DNA of 40,019 nucleotides from a virus (Duplodnaviria; Heunggongvirae; Uroviricota; Caudoviricetes): IMG/VR virus record IMGVR_UViG_2531839180_000007; one strand, 5' to 3'. Shown piece by piece: positions 36,842 to 40,019 of this stretch (position 1 is its first letter; each line of letters starts with the position of its first letter). The notes under the pieces were generated by a model. It saw only the letters and a program-made list of their open reading frames with translations, ran no database searches and was not told where the DNA came from. The position numbers and the translations under genes were made by a program.

Positions 36842-37060
36842 ATGTACTTGACACTTCAGGAGTGGAACGCTCGCCAGCGACGCCCAAGAAGCCTTGAAAC
36901 AGTTCGTCGATGGGTGCGCGAATGCAGGATATTCCCTCCTCCGGTTAAGGATGGAAGAGAGTATCTGTTCCACGAATCAGCGGTAAAGGTTGACTTAAAT
37001 CGACCAGTAACAGGTAGCCTTTTGAAGAGGATCAGAAATGGGAAGAAGGCGAAGTCATGA
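36842..37060 (+). CDS. xis: Excisionase Xis (lambda-type)
   Basis: 72 aa, MYLTLQEWNARQRRPRSLETVRRWVRECRIFPPPVKDGREYLFHESAVKVDLNRPVTGSLLKRIRNGKKAKS, matching lambda Xis by recall; overlaps the int start. Confidence 0.9.
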   Translation: MYLTLQEWNARQRRPRSLETVRRWVRECRIFPPPVKDGREYLFHESAVKVDLNRPVTGSLLKRIRNGKKAKS

Positions 37061-38108
37061 GCGCCGGGATTTACCCCCTAACCTTTATATAAGAAACAAT
37101 GGATATTACTGCTACAGGGACCCAAGGACGGGTAAAGAGTTCGGATTAGGCAGAGACAGGAGGATAGCAATTACTGAAGCAATACAGGCAAACATTGAGT
37201 TATTTTCAGGACACAAACACAAGCCTCTGACAGCGAGAATCAACAGTGATAATTCTGTTACGTTACATTCATGGCTTGATCGCTACGAAAAAATCCTCGC
37301 CAGCAGAGGAATCAAGCAGAAGACACTTATAAATTACATGAGCAAAATTAAAGCAATAAGGAGGGGGCTACCTGATGTTCCACTTGAAGACATCACCACA
37401 AAAGAAATTGCAGCAATGCTCAATGGATACATAGACGAGGGCAAGGCGGCGTCAGCCAAGTTAATCAGATCAACACTGAGCGATGCATTCCGAGAGGCAA
37501 TAGCTGAAGGCCATATAACAACAAACCCGGTCGCTGCCACTCGCGCAGCAAAATCAGAGGTAAGGAGATCAAGACTTACGGCTGACGAATACCTGAAAAT
37601 TTATCAAGCAGCAGAATCATCACCATGTTGGCTTAGACTTGCAATGGAACTGGCTGTTGTTACCGGGCAGCGAGTTGGTGATTTATGCGAAATGAAGTGG
37701 TCTGATATCGTAGATGGATATCTTTATGTCGAGCAAAGCAAAACAGGCGTAAAAATTGCCATCCCAACAGCATTGCATGTTGATGCTCTCGGAATATCAA
37801 TGAAGGAAACACTTGATAAATGCAAAGAGATTCTTGGCGGAGAAACCATAATTGCATCTACTCGTCGCGAACCGCTTTCATCCGGCACAGTATCAAGGTA
37901 TTTTATGCGCGCACGAAAAGCATCAGGTCTTTCCTTCGAAGGGGATCCGCCTACCTTTCACGAGTTGCGCAGTTTGTCTGCAAGACTCTATGAGAAGCAG
38001 ATAAGCGATAAGTTTGCTCAACATCTTCTCGGGCATAAGTCGGACACCATGGCATCACAGTATCGTGATGACAGAGGCAGGGAGTGGGACAAAATTGAAA
38101 TCAAATAA
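37038..38108 (+). CDS. int: Integrase Int (lambda-type tyrosine recombinase)
   Basis: 356 aa beginning MGRRRSHERRDLPPNLYIRNNGYYCYRDPRTGKEFGLG.. and ending ..DDRGREWDKIEIK, essentially lambda Int by recall; 3' end abuts the P' arm and core. Confidence 0.92.
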   Translation: MGRRRSHERRDLPPNLYIRNNGYYCYRDPRTGKEFGLGRDRRIAITEAIQANIELFSGHKHKPLTARINSDNSVTLHSWLDRYEKILASRGIKQKTLINYMSKIKAIRRGLPDVPLEDITTKEIAAMLNGYIDEGKAASAKLIRSTLSDAFREAIAEGHITTNPVAATRAAKSEVRRSRLTADEYLKIYQAAESSPCWLRLAMELAVVTGQRVGDLCEMKWSDIVDGYLYVEQSKTGVKIAIPTALHVDALGISMKETLDKCKEILGGETIIASTRREPLSSGTVSRYFMRARKASGLSFEGDPPTFHELRSLSARLYEKQISDKFAQHLLGHKSDTMASQYRDDRGREWDKIEIK

Positions 38109-38182
38109 TGATTTTATTTTGACTGATAGTGACCTGTTCGTTGCAACAAATTGATAAGCAATGCTTTTTTATAATGCCAACT
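38109..38182. promoter_or_regulatory. att P' arm
   Basis: Reverse complement reads ggcattataaaaaagcattgcttatcaatttgttgcaacgaacaggtcactatcagtcaaaataaaatca, matching the lambda attP P' arm as recalled. Confidence 0.8.
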
Positions 38183-38197
38183 TAGTATAAAAAAGCA
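38183..38197. repeat. Lambda att core (15 bp), gal-side junction (attL, B-O-P')
   Basis: ttagtataaaaaagc identical to 91..105; followed by attB B-arm sequence (aggcttcaacgg..). Confidence 0.85.
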
Positions 38198-38242
38198 GGC
38201 TTCAACGGATTCATTTTTCTATTTCATAGCCCGGAGCAACCT

Positions 38243-39526
38243 GTGAACACATTTTCAGTTTCCCGTCTGGCGCTGGCATTGGCTTTTGGCGTGACGCTGA
38301 CCGCCTGTAGCTCAACACCGCCCGATCAACGTCCTTCTGATCAAACCGCGCCTGGTACCTCTTCTCGCCCGATTCTGTCGGCAAAAGAAGCGCAGAATTT
38401 CGATGCTCAACACTATTTTGCATCCCTGACACCAGGTGCGGCAGCGTGGAATCCTTCCCCGATTACCCTGCCTGCGCAACCTGACTTTGTTGTCGGCCCG
38501 GCGGGTACTCCGGGTGTAACGCATACCACGATTCAGGCGGCGGTAGATGCGGCAATTATCAAGCGCACCAACAAGCGCCAGTATATTGCCGTGATGCCTG
38601 GTGAATATCAGGGAACGGTGTATGTCCCTGCCGCTCCGGGTGGAATTACTCTGTACGGTACAGGTGAAAAACCGATTGATGTGAAGATTGGGCTTTCCCT
38701 TGATGGGGGCATGAGCCCTGCCGACTGGCGTCACGACGTCAACCCGCGCGGCAAATATATGCCAGGTAAACCAGCGTGGTATATGTACGATAGCTGCCAG
38801 AGCAAACGCAGCGACAGTATCGGCGTTCTCTGCTCTGCGGTCTTCTGGTCACAAAACAATGGCCTGCAACTGCAAAACCTGACCATCGAAAACACGCTGG
38901 GTGATAGCGTAGATGCGGGTAACCATCCGGCGGTGGCACTGCGTACTGATGGCGACAAAGTGCAGATCAATAACGTCAACATTCTCGGTCGTCAGAATAC
39001 ATTCTTTGTCACCAACAGTGGTGTGCAAAACCGTCTGGAAACCAACCGTCAGCCGCGTACTCTGGTGACCAACAGTTACATTGAAGGGGATGTGGATATC
39101 GTTTCTGGTCGCGGCGCAGTGGTGTTCGATAATACCGAATTCCGCGTGGTGAACTCACGTACTCAGCAAGAAGCGTATGTGTTTGCACCGGCTACGCTGT
39201 CTAACATCTATTACGGTTTCCTCGCCGTAAACAGCCGCTTCAATGCTTCCGGTGATGGCGTGGCGCAACTGGGCCGCTCGCTGGATGTTGATGCCAATAC
39301 CAACGGTCAGGTGGTGATCCGTGATAGCGCCATCAACGAAGGTTTTAACACGGCTAAACCGTGGGCCGATGCGGTGATTTCCAATCGTCCGTTTGCGGGT
39401 AATACTGGCAACGTTGATGATAACGACGAAGTACAGCGTAATCGGAATGACACTAACTACAACCGCATGTGGGAATACAATAACCGCGGCGTGGGTAGCA
39501 AAGTGGTTGCAGAGGCGAAGAAGTAA
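38243..39526 (+). CDS. ybhC: Host outer-membrane lipoprotein YbhC (pectinesterase-family acyl-CoA thioesterase)
   Basis: 427 aa starting at GTG; lipobox LTAC; sequence MNTFSVSRLALALAFGVTLTACSST.. matches E. coli YbhC by recall. Confidence 0.88.
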   Translation: MNTFSVSRLALALAFGVTLTACSSTPPDQRPSDQTAPGTSSRPILSAKEAQNFDAQHYFASLTPGAAAWNPSPITLPAQPDFVVGPAGTPGVTHTTIQAAVDAAIIKRTNKRQYIAVMPGEYQGTVYVPAAPGGITLYGTGEKPIDVKIGLSLDGGMSPADWRHDVNPRGKYMPGKPAWYMYDSCQSKRSDSIGVLCSAVFWSQNNGLQLQNLTIENTLGDSVDAGNHPAVALRTDGDKVQINNVNILGRQNTFFVTNSGVQNRLETNRQPRTLVTNSYIEGDVDIVSGRGAVVFDNTEFRVVNSRTQQEAYVFAPATLSNIYYGFLAVNSRFNASGDGVAQLGRSLDVDANTNGQVVIRDSAINEGFNTAKPWADAVISNRPFAGNTGNVDDNDEVQRNRNDTNYNRMWEYNNRGVGSKVVAEAKK

Positions 39527-39540
39527 AAGCGATTAACTTT

Positions 39541-39740
<200 letters not shown>

Positions 39741-39758
39741 ACATTTACATGGCGCTTT

Positions 39759-40019
39759 TTAAAGCTGACGATTTTTATTGAAGTTAATCAAACTACCCGC
39801 TTTGATAATCTCGCGCTCTTCAGCAGTCAGACTTTCCATATAGAGCGTAATCTCTGTTACCGGCGCATCTTCATGGATCACATAACCTTTAAACGTCGTA
39901 CCTGGATTATCCAGCGCCATTTTAATGCCAGGGATGTAAATGTAATCGCCCACTTCAAAGTTCGGTACTTCCGCCATCTGCAGCGGTAACATTCCCCAGT
40001 TGATGACGTTAGAACGGTA
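39759..40019 (-). CDS. 3' end of a host aconitase-family gene (ybhJ-like), partial, continues beyond the window
   Basis: Minus-strand ORF open to the window edge, C-terminus ..[12 protein letters not shown]; ybhJ identity inferred from position next to ybhC. Confidence 0.4.
   Translation of the reverse strand, partial: YRSNVINWGMLPLQMAEVPNFEVGDYIYIPGIKMALDNPGTTFKGYVIHEDAPVTEITLYMESLTAEEREIIKAGSLINFNKNRQL

Larger units (their letters stand above)
91..38197. mobile_element. Complete lambdoid mosaic prophage integrated at lambda attB
   Basis: Bounded by 15-bp direct-repeat cores with hybrid att arms. Contains int/xis, immunity, replication, Q, lysis, packaging, head, tail and gtr modules in lambda prophage order. 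Confidence 0.85.

Overview
The window holds one complete ~38.1 kb prophage (91..38197) inserted at the E. coli lambda attachment site, between the ybhB-side flank (1..90) and ybhC (38243..39526). It is bounded by the 15-bp lambda core GCTTTTTTATACTAA as a direct repeat (91..105 and 38183..38197), with lambda-type P and P' arms. The phage is a mosaic: lambda-type int/xis and R endolysin; an HK97-like head and packaging module on the minus strand (HNH, terminase, portal, protease, capsid); a Mu/SfV-like contractile tail (sheath through tail fibre and assembly protein); and a gtrA-gtrB-type-specific glucosyltransferase O-antigen conversion operon at the bio-side end. The immunity and replication region has an S24-type CI repressor, a Cro-like protein, an O-like initiator with internal iterons, RusA, KilA-N, DUF968 and a Q antiterminator. 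The most interesting content is accessory: (i) an AT-rich two-gene cassette with its own terminator, encoding an unknown 182-aa protein and a ClpP-family serine protease paralog, inserted between the lysis and packaging modules; (ii) a 68-aa gene and a convergent 144-aa gene immediately downstream of cI, followed by a ~450-nt GC-rich structured non-coding element; (iii) a small gene between Q and a tR'-like terminator; (iv) an early-left operon with DUF2303, HD-domain and PAPS-reductase-like proteins. All calls rest on reading the six-frame translations and the DNA by eye; no database search, HMM or G+C computation was run.
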